Assembly (NCBI GenBank): GCA_934089275.1
Contig: CAKOJJ010000004.1
Span: 6,196-70,195, forward strand
Length of the DNA stretch: 64,000 bases
Direction of reading: 5' to 3'
Source of the DNA: an uncultured Bacilli bacterium
GTDB lineage: Bacteria > Bacillota_I > Bacilli_A > RF39 > UBA660
The position numbers and the translations under genes were made by a program. Positions 44,567 through 54,760 of this stretch are shown here, in pieces. Under the pieces are notes generated by a model. The model was not told the origin of the DNA and searched no databases. It saw only the letters and a program-made list of their open reading frames with translations. Position 1 is the stretch's first letter, and the number at the start of each line of letters is the position of its first letter.

Positions 44567-46552
44567 ATGGAACTAGAAAATGTGAAAGGAATTGGTCCAA
44601 AAACAAAAGAATTATTGAACAAATTAAACATATATAATGTGGATGAATTAGTAAGATATTATCCTTATCGTTATAACGTTTATAGTCCAACTAATATACT
44701 TGATCATGAAGATGAACAAATATGTGTAACTGGTATTATTGAAAGTGTTCCAAAGTTAAGCTACATAAAAAGAAACTTAAATAAAATTGGATTCACATTT
44801 TTGACTTCAAATATTAGATGTAATGTTGTGATTTTTAATCGAGCTTTCATAAATAGATTTTTAATAGTTGGAAAACCTATTACTTTAGTAGGTAAATATA
44901 AAAAAGATAAAAATCAATTTATTGCCAGTGATATAAAACTTACACCGATATATAAAACTGAAGTAGAACCAGTGTATCATTTAATAAGTGGATTAAAAAC
45001 ATCAACACTTGAAAATAGTATAAAATCAATTCTTCAAAGTGATATAAAAATAAATGAAATAATACCTGAATATATAAACGAAGAATATAATTTTATTTCA
45101 AGTAAAGATGCAATTAAGGAACTACACTTTCCAACAAGTTTAGAAGAAACAAAGAAAGCGAATTTAAAATTGAAATACGAAGAATTATTTGAATTCTTAT
45201 TTAAAATAAATATTATCAAATATCGTGATCAATTATTTAATGATTATGTGATAAAACACGTTGATGATGAAATGCTTGCTAATGTAAAAAAAATGATTCC
45301 TTTTAGTTTAACAAAAGACCAAGAAGAAGCTTTAAATGAAATCGTAAAGGACTTTAATAGTTTTAAAAGAATGAATAGACTTGTTATGGGTGATGTAGGT
45401 TGTGGTAAAACCATAGTTGCTTTTATAGCAGTTCTTTTAAATCTAGAATGTGGATATCAAAGTGCCATTTTAGCTCCAACAGAAGTATTAGCAGTTCAAC
45501 ATTATGATAACTTTAAAAACCTTTTTCCAAATGTAAGAACTGAATTGCTTGTTGGAAGTAAAACAAAGAAACAAAAGGAAGTATTAAAAGAAAAACTTAA
45601 GAATGGAGAAATAGATGTCCTTATTGGAACTCATGCTATGTTAGAAGACGATGTAGAGTTTGAAAATATTGGATTAGTTGTAACTGATGAACAACACCGT
45701 TTTGGTGTTAATCAGAGAAAAAGTTTACAAAATAAAGGTGAGTTTGTTGATGTGCTTTATCTTTCTGCAACGCCAATACCAAGAACTTATGCTTTAACTA
45801 TATACGGAGATATGGATATATCTATAATTAAAGAAAAACCAGCAGGAAGAAAAGAAATAAAAACTACGGTTTTGAAATTTAGTGAGTTAGATAAAGTCAT
45901 ATCTTCAATAGAAGAAGAGGTAAAAAATGGACATCAAGTGTACGTTGTTGCTCCTTTAATTGAAGAAAGTGAATCAGATCTTAATGATGTAAATACAATA
46001 TATGATTTATTAAGTAAAAATTTAAAAAACATAAGAATTGATATATTACATGGTAAGATGAAAAATGTTGATAAAGATAAAGTTATTAACAATTTTAAAG
46101 AAGGAAACTTAGATTTAATAATTTCTACAACGGTAATTGAAGTAGGAGTAGATGTTAAAAATGCAACACTAATGGTTATATTTAATGCTGAACGTTTTGG
46201 ACTTGCAACTTTACACCAATTAAGAGGAAGAGTTGGAAGAAACAGTTTGGAATCAAAGTGTATTTTAATAAGTGATCAAGAAAAGGAAAGACTTCATGTA
46301 TTAGAAGAAAGCAATGATGGCTTTTATGTATCTGAAATGGATTTTAAAATGCGTGGAAGTGGAGATTTATTTGGTATTAGACAAAGTGGAGATATGATAT
46401 TCAAAATAGCTGATATTAAAAAAGATTATAAAATTCTTGTTCAATGTAAAAAAGACGTTGATGCCTTTATTTTGGATAATATTGAAAATAGTTTTAGAAA
46501 TTACAAATACTATAATATCATTTTAAATAGTTTAATGAACAATAATGATTAG
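44567..46552 (+). CDS. recG: ATP-dependent DNA helicase RecG
   Basis: Wedge domain plus SF2 motifs GDVGCGKT, DEQHRFG and QLRGRVGR. Start trimmed to the ATG at 44567 after GGAGG. Confidence 0.93.
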   Translation: MELENVKGIGPKTKELLNKLNIYNVDELVRYYPYRYNVYSPTNILDHEDEQICVTGIIESVPKLSYIKRNLNKIGFTFLTSNIRCNVVIFNRAFINRFLIVGKPITLVGKYKKDKNQFIASDIKLTPIYKTEVEPVYHLISGLKTSTLENSIKSILQSDIKINEIIPEYINEEYNFISSKDAIKELHFPTSLEETKKANLKLKYEELFEFLFKINIIKYRDQLFNDYVIKHVDDEMLANVKKMIPFSLTKDQEEALNEIVKDFNSFKRMNRLVMGDVGCGKTIVAFIAVLLNLECGYQSAILAPTEVLAVQHYDNFKNLFPNVRTELLVGSKTKKQKEVLKEKLKNGEIDVLIGTHAMLEDDVEFENIGLVVTDEQHRFGVNQRKSLQNKGEFVDVLYLSATPIPRTYALTIYGDMDISIIKEKPAGRKEIKTTVLKFSELDKVISSIEEEVKNGHQVYVVAPLIEESESDLNDVNTIYDLLSKNLKNIRIDILHGKMKNVDKDKVINNFKEGNLDLIISTTVIEVGVDVKNATLMVIFNAERFGLATLHQLRGRVGRNSLESKCILISDQEKERLHVLEESNDGFYVSEMDFKMRGSGDLFGIRQSGDMIFKIADIKKDYKILVQCKKDVDAFILDNIENSFRNYKYYNIILNSLMNNND

Positions 46553-46556
46553 GTGA

Positions 46557-47003
46557 ATTTATGAAAAAGATAGAATTGGAATAGAAAGTTATAAGTATCA
46601 ATTAGAGGAATATTTACTATCAATTGATGGAATAGCAGATGTAAAAAAAGACTAAAGAGGATATAACTTCTTTATTACAGTTACTTATGATGAAAGAAAA
46701 ATGTTTATTGAAAGAATAGAAAAGGAAATATTGTTATATATTGATAGGTTAAATATTCCATTAATTGTATCTTTTAACAAGTTTGAAGATAATGAAGTAA
46801 TAAAAGAAATAGTTATTGATGATGGATGCTGTGAATTTTGTATGAAAGGTAATGCAGAAAATTTATCTAAAATAGATGGAATAGGTTCATTTTCGTTTGA
46901 TCAAGATGGTGGTTACTTCGATGTTCATACTAAGCTTGGATATAATCCAAATAAAATAAGTGAAGAAAAATTAAAAGAGATAGAATCAAGTTTAGAAGCT
47001 TAA
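46557..47003 (+). pseudogene. possibly disrupted small gene (two HMA-like ...IDGI... modules)
   Basis: The frame of ORF 46701-47003 stays open upstream to 46557, except for an in-frame TAA at 46653-46655. The only upstream ATG (46561) is in another frame, across an A5 run. Confidence 0.3.
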
Positions 47004-47070
47004 CGTCAATAAGGATAAAATAGTTATTAAACATATTGACAGATTTTTAAAATTTGTATATCATTATATG

Positions 47071-47174
47071 TAGCATGATAGACTCCCTATCATGCCGATA
47101 TATCTAACGATTTTAACAATGTTAGTATATCAACCAAAACCCCCTGGCCATCCTTTATGGATGGCACTTTTTTT
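47071..47174 (+). ncRNA. candidate small RNA 2 (sibling of sRNA 1)
   Basis: TTGACA (47036-47041)-17-TATCAT promoter and the same TATATGTAG start region as sRNA 1. A 9-bp hairpin GCATGATAG/CTATCATGC follows, then single-stranded CAACCAAAACCCCCU. The terminator is GCCATCC/GGATGGC followed by T7. Confidence 0.45.
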
Positions 47175-47363
47175 ATGCAAATATAATTTATTTTGTAGTG
47201 TAATGTATTTTTGACAACTACTAGATTCAACGAAAAAAATGGAATTGGTTTAAGCCAATGTTTATAAGGGCTTATGAGCATATAGGAGAATGAAAACAAT
47301 TCATAGGTGCAACTCGGAAATGAGTTTTGTTAAAAAAGCATGGTATAATATAGTTAATAAGAG

Positions 47364-48029
47364 GTGTTTCCCGTGTGTAAATGGGAAAATATTCAAACTA
47401 AAACTGAATTAAAATTTGTATTTGAGATTATAAAGGAAAAAATAGGAGATAGTAGTATTAAAAGAATTTTTTCCTTCGATGATGCTATTCCTAGAAAAAA
47501 TAATAATAAAATAGAATATAACACATTAGAAGAACCACTATATATTTTATTTGATAATGATTATTGCTTAATAATAGAGTTTACTAATTATTCAAGCATC
47601 TACCTTGATTATAAAAAAATAACGCTCGAAGAAATAAAACAAGCCATTGAAAATGTTTCAAATAGAGATATTGATTATTTAAATAATTATCATAGAATTC
47701 ACGGATGGGATTTTGATGATAATCGAAATAGAATTGAAGATAGTTTTGGAATGAAAGAAATTATTGAAATACATGGAAACTATGATAAGATAAGGGATAT
47801 TCAAATAGATGGATTCAATGATTCATACGAAAAATGGATAAGTAATGGTAGAAGTTCATCAATGATTACTATTCCGGCTGGTGGTGATTATTTTAAGTCC
47901 ATAAAATTTATATTAAATAATGGCATTAAAATAAAAATGCGTCCTCAGGATGCTGAAATGGATGGCTATTATGATTTAATAATAGAAGATGGTAATAACA
48001 TAATAAAATATAGAAATGATGAAATATAA
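47364..48029 (+). CDS. hypothetical protein
   Basis: 221-aa ORF with a TGnTATAAT promoter upstream. No recognisable motif. Confidence 0.4.
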   Translation: MFPVCKWENIQTKTELKFVFEIIKEKIGDSSIKRIFSFDDAIPRKNNNKIEYNTLEEPLYILFDNDYCLIIEFTNYSSIYLDYKKITLEEIKQAIENVSNRDIDYLNNYHRIHGWDFDDNRNRIEDSFGMKEIIEIHGNYDKIRDIQIDGFNDSYEKWISNGRSSSMITIPAGGDYFKSIKFILNNGIKIKMRPQDAEMDGYYDLIIEDGNNIIKYRNDEI

Positions 48030-48120
48030 TATATCGTAAAAAACAAAACTAAAACTATGTTTTAATTGGCTATCTGATAGTTCTGTAGTATTCTATAAGA
48101 CAGGTGAAGGTTATAGAATC

Positions 48121-48435
48121 TCATGACCTAAAAATGCTTTTTGGTACTATAAAAGTGTAATAATTAATTGCAGAAATGTAATTAAATATTACACTTCTTT
48201 TTATTATGATTGAAGTGATTGGATAACGTATGCTTTTTAGAGATAAAGTTCTCGTCAACAAAAGTGTTATCCAACCTTCACATAATATATTCGTTTTGTT
48301 GGCAATTGAGTTGGCAAACTGTAGTGCGAATAATGATTTACCGACTTTAGGTTTAGATACTAGGAGGTACACACAACAATCCTCTTTTTTTATATAATAG
48401 CCCCCTGAAGAGAGCGGATGCATAATCCTTCTCAT
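48121..48435 (-). pseudogene. remnant of a P-loop (DnaB/RepA AAA_25-like) mobile-element gene
   Basis: Only a short stretch, LLVSKPKVGKSLFALQFANSIA, resembles a Walker A region; the rest is low complexity. Its 5' end is duplicated at 61897-61935. Confidence 0.3.
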
Positions 48436-48545
48436 TTTTTTGCCCGTATTTATGGGGCTTTTTCAATTGTGATAGTACTCTCAAAAGAGAGCTAGGTACC
48501 ATTTAGGTACCATTTTTATAAAATGAGCCTTTTTTTATGTGTTTT

Positions 48546-49658
48546 TTAATCTAATTTATCTATTAAATTAACAACTTCAGATAGAGCAGAATTGAATAAA
48601 TGAGTGTACGTATTTAAAGTCTCTTCTATCTTCGTATGCCCTAAATACTTGGCTACAACGGCGATGTTGGCACCATTATTAACAAGTAGAGATGCACATG
48701 AATGTCTGAAGTCGTGAATTCTTATTTGTTTGACTCCTGCAAGAGAGCAATTTCTGTTTTTGATATCCCTAATAGTATTACTAGCAACAGGGAAAGCATC
48801 TCCGCAAACAAAATAGTTATCATTGAAACCATGTATCTTTGAATCCTCTTCTTTAAGCCTTTTAAGGTCTTCTAAGAGCTTTTTATTGATAGGCAGGGTT
48901 CTTATACTACTACGAGTCTTTGGAGTGGAGAATTCGAATGATTTAACACCACCACCACGATCTGTAATTTGTTTGTTAACTGATAAAGTTTTTTTGACTA
49001 AATCTATATTAGACCAGGTTAATCCTCTGAGTTCTCCTTTTCTTAATCCACAGTAGTAAAGTATTTCAAACATAACTCTATGTTTAAGATTATTCTCAAC
49101 AGATAAGAACTGTTTAAATTCATCATATGTGAAATATAACATTTCTTTTTGAATATCTGAAGATGATGAAAATTTAGTCATCTTAGAATATACTTTAGTA
49201 AGATTAAAATCATACCATGTCATAGCATAGTTAAGAACAGACTTTAAGAACTTTAAGATTTCATTTTTATATCTTGTTGATAAATTACTAGCATTAATCT
49301 CTTTCTTCCAATTATCATAATGATTAATGTTGAAATTTTTTAACTTAACATTTAGTAAGCTCTTCAGGTAGTTCTTTTTATTTCCATAGTTATATAGAGT
49401 AGTAGGTTTAACTTCAATAGTAGAAGTCCTATTATCTACAAATAGATCAATCATTTCATCAAGTGTAATTTTATCTTGGTTCTCATGATTGTATAATTTC
49501 ATTCTAAATGCAAGTTCTGCTTCTTCAGCTTCTTTCTTAGTAGCATATTTACCAGACTTGTATTGTTTATTTCTTCCATCTAAGTCTTGATATCTTAATT
49601 TAAAGAACCAGACTCTGCCATCTTTAGTTTTGCCTTCTTTAGCTTTATAAACTCCCAT
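48546..49658 (-). CDS. tyrosine-type site-specific integrase
   Basis: Phage-integrase N-terminal SAM-like domain. Catalytic R...HDFRH...LGH...Y (TYTHL) pattern. Confidence 0.9.
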   Translation of the reverse strand: MGVYKAKEGKTKDGRVWFFKLRYQDLDGRNKQYKSGKYATKKEAEEAELAFRMKLYNHENQDKITLDEMIDLFVDNRTSTIEVKPTTLYNYGNKKNYLKSLLNVKLKNFNINHYDNWKKEINASNLSTRYKNEILKFLKSVLNYAMTWYDFNLTKVYSKMTKFSSSSDIQKEMLYFTYDEFKQFLSVENNLKHRVMFEILYYCGLRKGELRGLTWSNIDLVKKTLSVNKQITDRGGGVKSFEFSTPKTRSSIRTLPINKKLLEDLKRLKEEDSKIHGFNDNYFVCGDAFPVASNTIRDIKNRNCSLAGVKQIRIHDFRHSCASLLVNNGANIAVVAKYLGHTKIEETLNTYTHLFNSALSEVVNLIDKLD

Positions 49659-49729
49659 TATATCGTTTCTTTCTTGTTAGAATTGCAACGAATAAGAATG
49701 GATATCTATGTAAGATCATATCAGGTGAA

Positions 49730-50095
49730 ATGATTCCATATACAACAGAAGAACTTTGTAGAAAGACTAATACATCATTAAGTGACTTCAAAAGAAGATT
49801 AAAAAGACTTAAAGAAGTAGGATTAGTGGAACTAAAAGATGATATGTTATATATAGAAGAAGCACTTAATTACACCAATCAAACAGTAGGTGCTAAAAAG
49901 AAACAAGAGCAAAGAAAAAAGAAAAAGGACAAAATTCCACTTGATTGTCCACCAGATATAGATAAAGAAATAGAAGAAGAAAAAGAAATAAGAGATAAGA
50001 AAAAAGAAGAAAGAGGAAAGAGTTTAGATATAGAACTACAACAAGAAGAAGATAATACTGATTTCGATAGTTTATTGAATTATTATTCACACTAA
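49730..50095 (+). CDS. truncated phage replisome-organizer-like protein (N-terminal domain fragment)
   Basis: MIPYTTEELCRKTN...LKRLKEVGLVEL matches the C-terminal half of the replisome organizer wHTH. The frame stays open upstream into the integrase gene without a start codon. Lys/Glu-rich tail. Confidence 0.5.
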   Translation: MIPYTTEELCRKTNTSLSDFKRRLKRLKEVGLVELKDDMLYIEEALNYTNQTVGAKKKQEQRKKKKDKIPLDCPPDIDKEIEEEKEIRDKKKEERGKSLDIELQQEEDNTDFDSLLNYYSH

Positions 50096-50236
50096 TAATG
50101 TAGACATTTATTGAGGAGTCCCCCCTAGGGTACTCTCTTTTTATTTGAGTAAATTTCTACACCCACAGCCCACCTATATTTACACAAAAAAATATTTTCC
50201 GTGAGTTTTTTGGAAAATGACATTAAAAAAGAGTAA

Positions 50237-50560
50237 TTAATACTCAATTTTTTTAAAAGTTAAAGGATCTTCACTTATTACTTCTAATGCATATTTAATC
50301 CTTAAAAGTTTTCCAACTTCTGTAGATACATTTACTTCATTTATTTCTGTGATGTTTAAAATATCTCTTGCTGAATTGAATTCTTGCATCCACGTTGTCT
50401 CATACATAGCATGTCGATAATAAGCATTAGCTATATAATAAGAAATAACCTCAGGAAGTATATAACATTCTAGATATTCATCATAGTTGTCAACAAATGG
50501 TTTTAATACTTTAATATATTCCTCATCCGTTATATCTTCTCCAGTCTCAGGTCTAATCAT
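50237..50560 (-). CDS. hypothetical protein (paralogue of 61440-61754)
   Basis: Shares ...ITDEE(Y/F)... and overall length and pattern with the 104-aa ORF at 61440-61754. ATG at 50560 follows GGAGGTG. Confidence 0.45.
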   Translation of the reverse strand: MIRPETGEDITDEEYIKVLKPFVDNYDEYLECYILPEVISYYIANAYYRHAMYETTWMQEFNSARDILNITEINEVNVSTEVGKLLRIKYALEVISEDPLTFKKIEY

Positions 50561-50690
50561 ATTCACCTCCAAATATTGTTCTATTAATCACTTATTAATA
50601 ACTATATTACAAGTATAATAATCTATTAAAATAAGGTTCCTAAGTATTATATAAATATGTTATAATTATTAAGGAAGATAGGAGGCTAAC

Positions 50691-51569
50691 ATGAAAAAAG
50701 AAGTAATTAGTTCACCAATACGTTGGGCTGGTTCAAAGAAAAAACTCCTAAATGAAATGCTTGAAAAACCCTTTAAAAGAAAGAAGAAAAACTATGTTGA
50801 ATGTTTTCTAGGATCAGGCGTCGTATTATTAAATGTTATTAATAATAATGAGGAATTAGAATATGAAAACTTTTATGTAAATGATATTAATTCAAACATT
50901 ATTAATTTTTATATTCTTTTACAAAAAAATCCTGACTATCTTATAAATACTATAAAACCTTTGAGTGAAAAGTATAACAGTTTATCTATAAATGAAAAAT
51001 CTGATTTATTCTATGAAATCAGAAATAGATTTAATCGTTCTGAAGACTCAAATGAGAAGTCAATATATTTTTATTTTTTGATGAAAACGGGATTTAATGG
51101 CGTTTATAGAGAAAATAGCAAAGGCTATTTTAATGTGCCGTTTGGAAGAAAAGAAAAAATAATAATAGATGATAATTATTTATATACAATATCTAGGTTA
51201 ATAAAGAGGGTTAAGTTTTATAATTTGCCATTTGAAGAATTTCTAAATAAATTGAACAAAAAAGGTATTTTAGAGGATTCTTTTGTGTATTGTGATCCGC
51301 CATACTTACCAGATGATTTGCTAGTTTATCAAAAGCAAATGCTTTATACAAAAGATTCGTTTAATCACGAAAAATTCTTTGATATAATCAATGAAATGAA
51401 AATTGATAATATAATGATTTCAATGTCTGAATCTAAAATCGCAGATAAGATATATAATCATAATCCATTTTACAAAATAGATGTAAGAAATATTATTAGA
51501 GTTATTAATCCAAAAAAACTATTCTCATCAAAAGAAATAGCTTACATTAATTACAGAATAGAGGAGTGA
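50691..51569 (+). CDS. D12-class (Dam-like) N6-adenine DNA methyltransferase
   Basis: RWAGSKKKL N-terminus, FLGSG (FxGxG) then DPPY (VYCDPPYLP), which is the alpha-group motif order. Confidence 0.85.
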   Translation: MKKEVISSPIRWAGSKKKLLNEMLEKPFKRKKKNYVECFLGSGVVLLNVINNNEELEYENFYVNDINSNIINFYILLQKNPDYLINTIKPLSEKYNSLSINEKSDLFYEIRNRFNRSEDSNEKSIYFYFLMKTGFNGVYRENSKGYFNVPFGRKEKIIIDDNYLYTISRLIKRVKFYNLPFEEFLNKLNKKGILEDSFVYCDPPYLPDDLLVYQKQMLYTKDSFNHEKFFDIINEMKIDNIMISMSESKIADKIYNHNPFYKIDVRNIIRVINPKKLFSSKEIAYINYRIEE

Positions 51570-51626
51570 AAAAACACTCTTTTTTTATACAAAAAAGGAA
51601 ATAAACATAAAATATTATGAAAATAT

Positions 51627-51655
51627 TTGACAAATATTGTTCTTTTTGGTATATT
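51627..51655 (+). promoter_or_regulatory. sigma-A type promoter of the four-gene GHKL operon
   Basis: TTGACA-17 nt-TATATT. Confidence 0.6.
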
Positions 51656-51678
51656 TTAAGCGAATGGAGGAAATGTTT

Positions 51679-51894
51679 ATGGATGTTAAAAAAGAAAATT
51701 TTAAAAGAATTGCAGAAAACAGAGTTAGCAAGATTATTGATTTAATATCTAAATTACATAATTTATCAAACACTTCATTTTATGAGTATACTGATGAACA
51801 AATAGATAAGATTTTTGATAGTATACAGAAAGAACTTGATAAGCAAAAAGCCGAGTTTAAAAAATCAAAAAACAAAAGGAGAATAGAATTATAG
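51679..51894 (+). CDS. small coiled-coil protein, first gene of the GHKL operon
   Basis: 71 aa from the ATG at 51679, 8 nt after GGAGG. The track start at 51637 lies inside the promoter. Confidence 0.5.
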   Translation: MDVKKENFKRIAENRVSKIIDLISKLHNLSNTSFYEYTDEQIDKIFDSIQKELDKQKAEFKKSKNKRRIEL

Positions 51895-51906
51895 GAGGTA
51901 ATTAAT

Positions 51907-53862
51907 ATGTTTGATAAAATTTTTAACAATAAAAAGAGTGATCCTGTTTGGCAATTTATTACAAATGGAAATGCTGATATGAATAGTGTAGAATCTACCG
52001 ATACTGAAAGCTTTCAAAAAGTTCCAATTGATTCTTTAGCAAGAGAATTAACACAAAACTCATTGGATGCAAGAGCAGGTGAAAAGCCAGCTGTAATAGA
52101 ATTTAAGACTTTCACTATGAGAACTATTGATATTCCAGGAATAAAAGAATTGAAAGATGAAATATCTGCTTGTATTAATTTTTATCCTGAAACTACTATG
52201 TATCATAGAATGTTTAAAAAAATGTTAGATGAATTAGAAAAAGAAAATATTTTATGTTTAAGAATAAGTGATTTTAATACTTCAGGATTAGATGGAGTGG
52301 CAAGTAATAAAAATATGACACCTTTTAATTTTCTAGTAAAAGGTAATGGATTCTCAAGTAAAAAAGGTGCTAATAGCGGTGGTTCTAAAGGAATGGGAAA
52401 ATTCTCTACCTTTTTATCTAGTAGCATTCATACAGTTTTTTACTCAACTCTAAATCAAAATAAAGAAAAAGGATATATGGGAGTAGTAAAACTTGGTGCT
52501 AGAGAAATAGATGATGATTCAGGATTAATGACAACTGGAAAAGGATATTTCAGCATAGGCGAAAGAATTTCACCAATTTTAGAAGATCTAAATCTTGATA
52601 AAGATTTTAAGAGGGAAAAAGATGATGTTGGAACTGATGTTTATGTTTTAGGTTTCAAAAAACCTTCAAATTGGGAAACACAAATTATTGCAAAAGTATT
52701 AGATAGTTTTATGGTTGCAATTGATAGTGGAGATTTAGAAGTTAAAGTTGAAGATAAAGGAATTATTAATAAAGAAACTTTACAATCTTTTGTTTATGAA
52801 ACAAAGTTCTATAAAGTAGATAAAAGAAATATAGAAAGTCAATATGAATTACTACATGATAAATTTGTTCATTCAAAAGAAGTTGATATTCATGGTAGAG
52901 GAACAATAGAGTTTAAACTTAAAGAATATCATAGAGAAGAACGTGAAAAAGCTACTAATAAATGTATAATGATAAGACATCCATACATGAAAATTAAAGA
53001 TTTAACAATAGGATATCCAGTAGCTGCTAGTGCCATGTGTATTATTAAAGAAAATGAACTTAATCAAATGCTAAAAAATATTGAAAATGCAGAACATACA
53101 AATTGGGAACCAAAAAGAATAGAAACAATAACTGGCGATCCGTTAATGGAAAAAGAAATGAGAAGAATTTTAAGTGATATAAAAGATGAATTGGATAAGT
53201 TTGTGTTAGAAGCTCTATTGTCAGGAAAATCAGAAAGAATTGATTTAGAATTTGCAGGAGATTTTCTTCCTGACTTAAGCACTGGTGATGATAACGCATC
53301 TATTCAACAAGAACCTATTCCTGATATTCCAAATGTTGGTGAAGTTGAGAGAATTAAAGATAATAATAAGTTTGGAACAGTTGAAGATGAAAATGCAAAT
53401 TCAATTACTCCAGATATTGGAAGTCATAGTGAAGAAGGCGATGAATCAATTATTCCTGATGGTAATAATTCCAGTGGTTCTGGTGATGTTCATGAAGGAG
53501 AAAATGAAACTGGATTTAATCCAGAAGGAGATGATGTAGTTATGAGAAAAGTTCGTTTAAGCAATTTAAAGCCAAAAGTATTAATGCTTGACAAGAAAAA
53601 TGGAAAATATTTAATTACATTTAAAGCACCAGATAACATCTCTTCTGCCGAATTGGAATTCTATTATTTAGATGATAATGATCAAAAGTATATTCCTACA
53701 ATTAAGGCTGCTAGAATTAATAATGGGCAATGTAATATAGAAGACAATAAAATCGTTGGATTCACTATGAAAAAAGATGAAGTAATAAAACTCGAACTTG
53801 AAACTGATTTGAATGATATATATGCATGTGAGGTGAAGGTCTATGCCAAAGTTAGCGAATAA
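51907..53862 (+). CDS. GHKL (Bergerat-fold) ATPase, MutL/MORC-like N-terminal domain, with acidic linker and C-terminal beta-rich domain
   Basis: N-box ELTQNSLDA (compare MutL ELVENSLDA), LRISDFNTSGL (DxGxG-like), GGSKGMGKFS (G2 box) and VGTDVYVLGF (GT motif). Confidence 0.75.
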   Translation: MFDKIFNNKKSDPVWQFITNGNADMNSVESTDTESFQKVPIDSLARELTQNSLDARAGEKPAVIEFKTFTMRTIDIPGIKELKDEISACINFYPETTMYHRMFKKMLDELEKENILCLRISDFNTSGLDGVASNKNMTPFNFLVKGNGFSSKKGANSGGSKGMGKFSTFLSSSIHTVFYSTLNQNKEKGYMGVVKLGAREIDDDSGLMTTGKGYFSIGERISPILEDLNLDKDFKREKDDVGTDVYVLGFKKPSNWETQIIAKVLDSFMVAIDSGDLEVKVEDKGIINKETLQSFVYETKFYKVDKRNIESQYELLHDKFVHSKEVDIHGRGTIEFKLKEYHREEREKATNKCIMIRHPYMKIKDLTIGYPVAASAMCIIKENELNQMLKNIENAEHTNWEPKRIETITGDPLMEKEMRRILSDIKDELDKFVLEALLSGKSERIDLEFAGDFLPDLSTGDDNASIQQEPIPDIPNVGEVERIKDNNKFGTVEDENANSITPDIGSHSEEGDESIIPDGNNSSGSGDVHEGENETGFNPEGDDVVMRKVRLSNLKPKVLMLDKKNGKYLITFKAPDNISSAELEFYYLDDNDQKYIPTIKAARINNGQCNIEDNKIVGFTMKKDEVIKLELETDLNDIYACEVKVYAKVSE

Positions 53863-54760
53863 GAATTATCCATATCCAATTATTACAAAAGATGCCTCAT
53901 TGAGTTCATATAATGGTATATCATATTCATTTTCTTTTGAAAAAGAAACAAATGAAACTCAACTAATATTAAAAAATGCCAAAATAGAAACAGACAGTAA
54001 AAGTTTAATTAATTTATTAAAAGAGAATAAAGTTAAGGCAGTTGTGTTTGTTTCATGCACTAAAACATATTTTAGATATACAACAGAAATTGGAACAGAA
54101 CCAAGAGATATTGTTTTGAAACTAAGTGATTTGAAAGATAAAGTTACTATTTCAGCATATGTATTTGCAAATGAAGAACTTGTCGAATATAAAAGTGATG
54201 AATGTAATGAATATTACAAAGATTATAGCTTTGATATAGATAAATATTGTTTATTTGCTATTGATGATGGATATAAATTGCCAGTAGAATATGATGATTA
54301 TAGTGATAAAAAAGTTTCATCAATATTTAGTGTTGCTGAAATTGAGGAAGATGTAGATAGATTAATAAAAGTTTATCCTGAAGAAAAAAATATTGTTATA
54401 GCTATACCCAAAAAAGAGTGTGAAGATTATTATAATATGAAAGATTTAGAAGATTATTCAGCTTTGTTTTTATCTTTACTTGGATGTCCAGCATTAACCA
54501 CTTGTTTGAATGAGCTTCAAAAAGAGGGAAAAGCTATTGAAGAAATAGTAGAGCAATATTCATGGTTTAAAACAATAGTTAAAACATATAAAAGAATAAA
54601 TGGCGTTGATTTAGATGATAGTTTATTTGAGCAAATGAATTGCTTTGAATTCTCCCAACAAGCATTGGGAAATTGCAATGTTACAGCAATATCAACAATA
54701 TTAACTAATTATCAAAAAGCCGTTAAATCAGCTAATGAAGATGAGGAGGAAAGTGAATAA
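53843..54760 (+). CDS. hypothetical protein, third gene of the GHKL operon
   Basis: 305-aa ORF overlapping the upstream stop by 20 nt. No motif recognised. Confidence 0.55.
   Translation: MPKLANKNYPYPIITKDASLSSYNGISYSFSFEKETNETQLILKNAKIETDSKSLINLLKENKVKAVVFVSCTKTYFRYTTEIGTEPRDIVLKLSDLKDKVTISAYVFANEELVEYKSDECNEYYKDYSFDIDKYCLFAIDDGYKLPVEYDDYSDKKVSSIFSVAEIEEDVDRLIKVYPEEKNIVIAIPKKECEDYYNMKDLEDYSALFLSLLGCPALTTCLNELQKEGKAIEEIVEQYSWFKTIVKTYKRINGVDLDDSLFEQMNCFEFSQQALGNCNVTAISTILTNYQKAVKSANEDEEESE

Noticed and set aside
47090-47299. 69-aa minus-strand ORF
   Set aside because: It overlaps the terminator of the plus-strand sRNA candidate and has no RBS. Its composition is consistent with a random frame.
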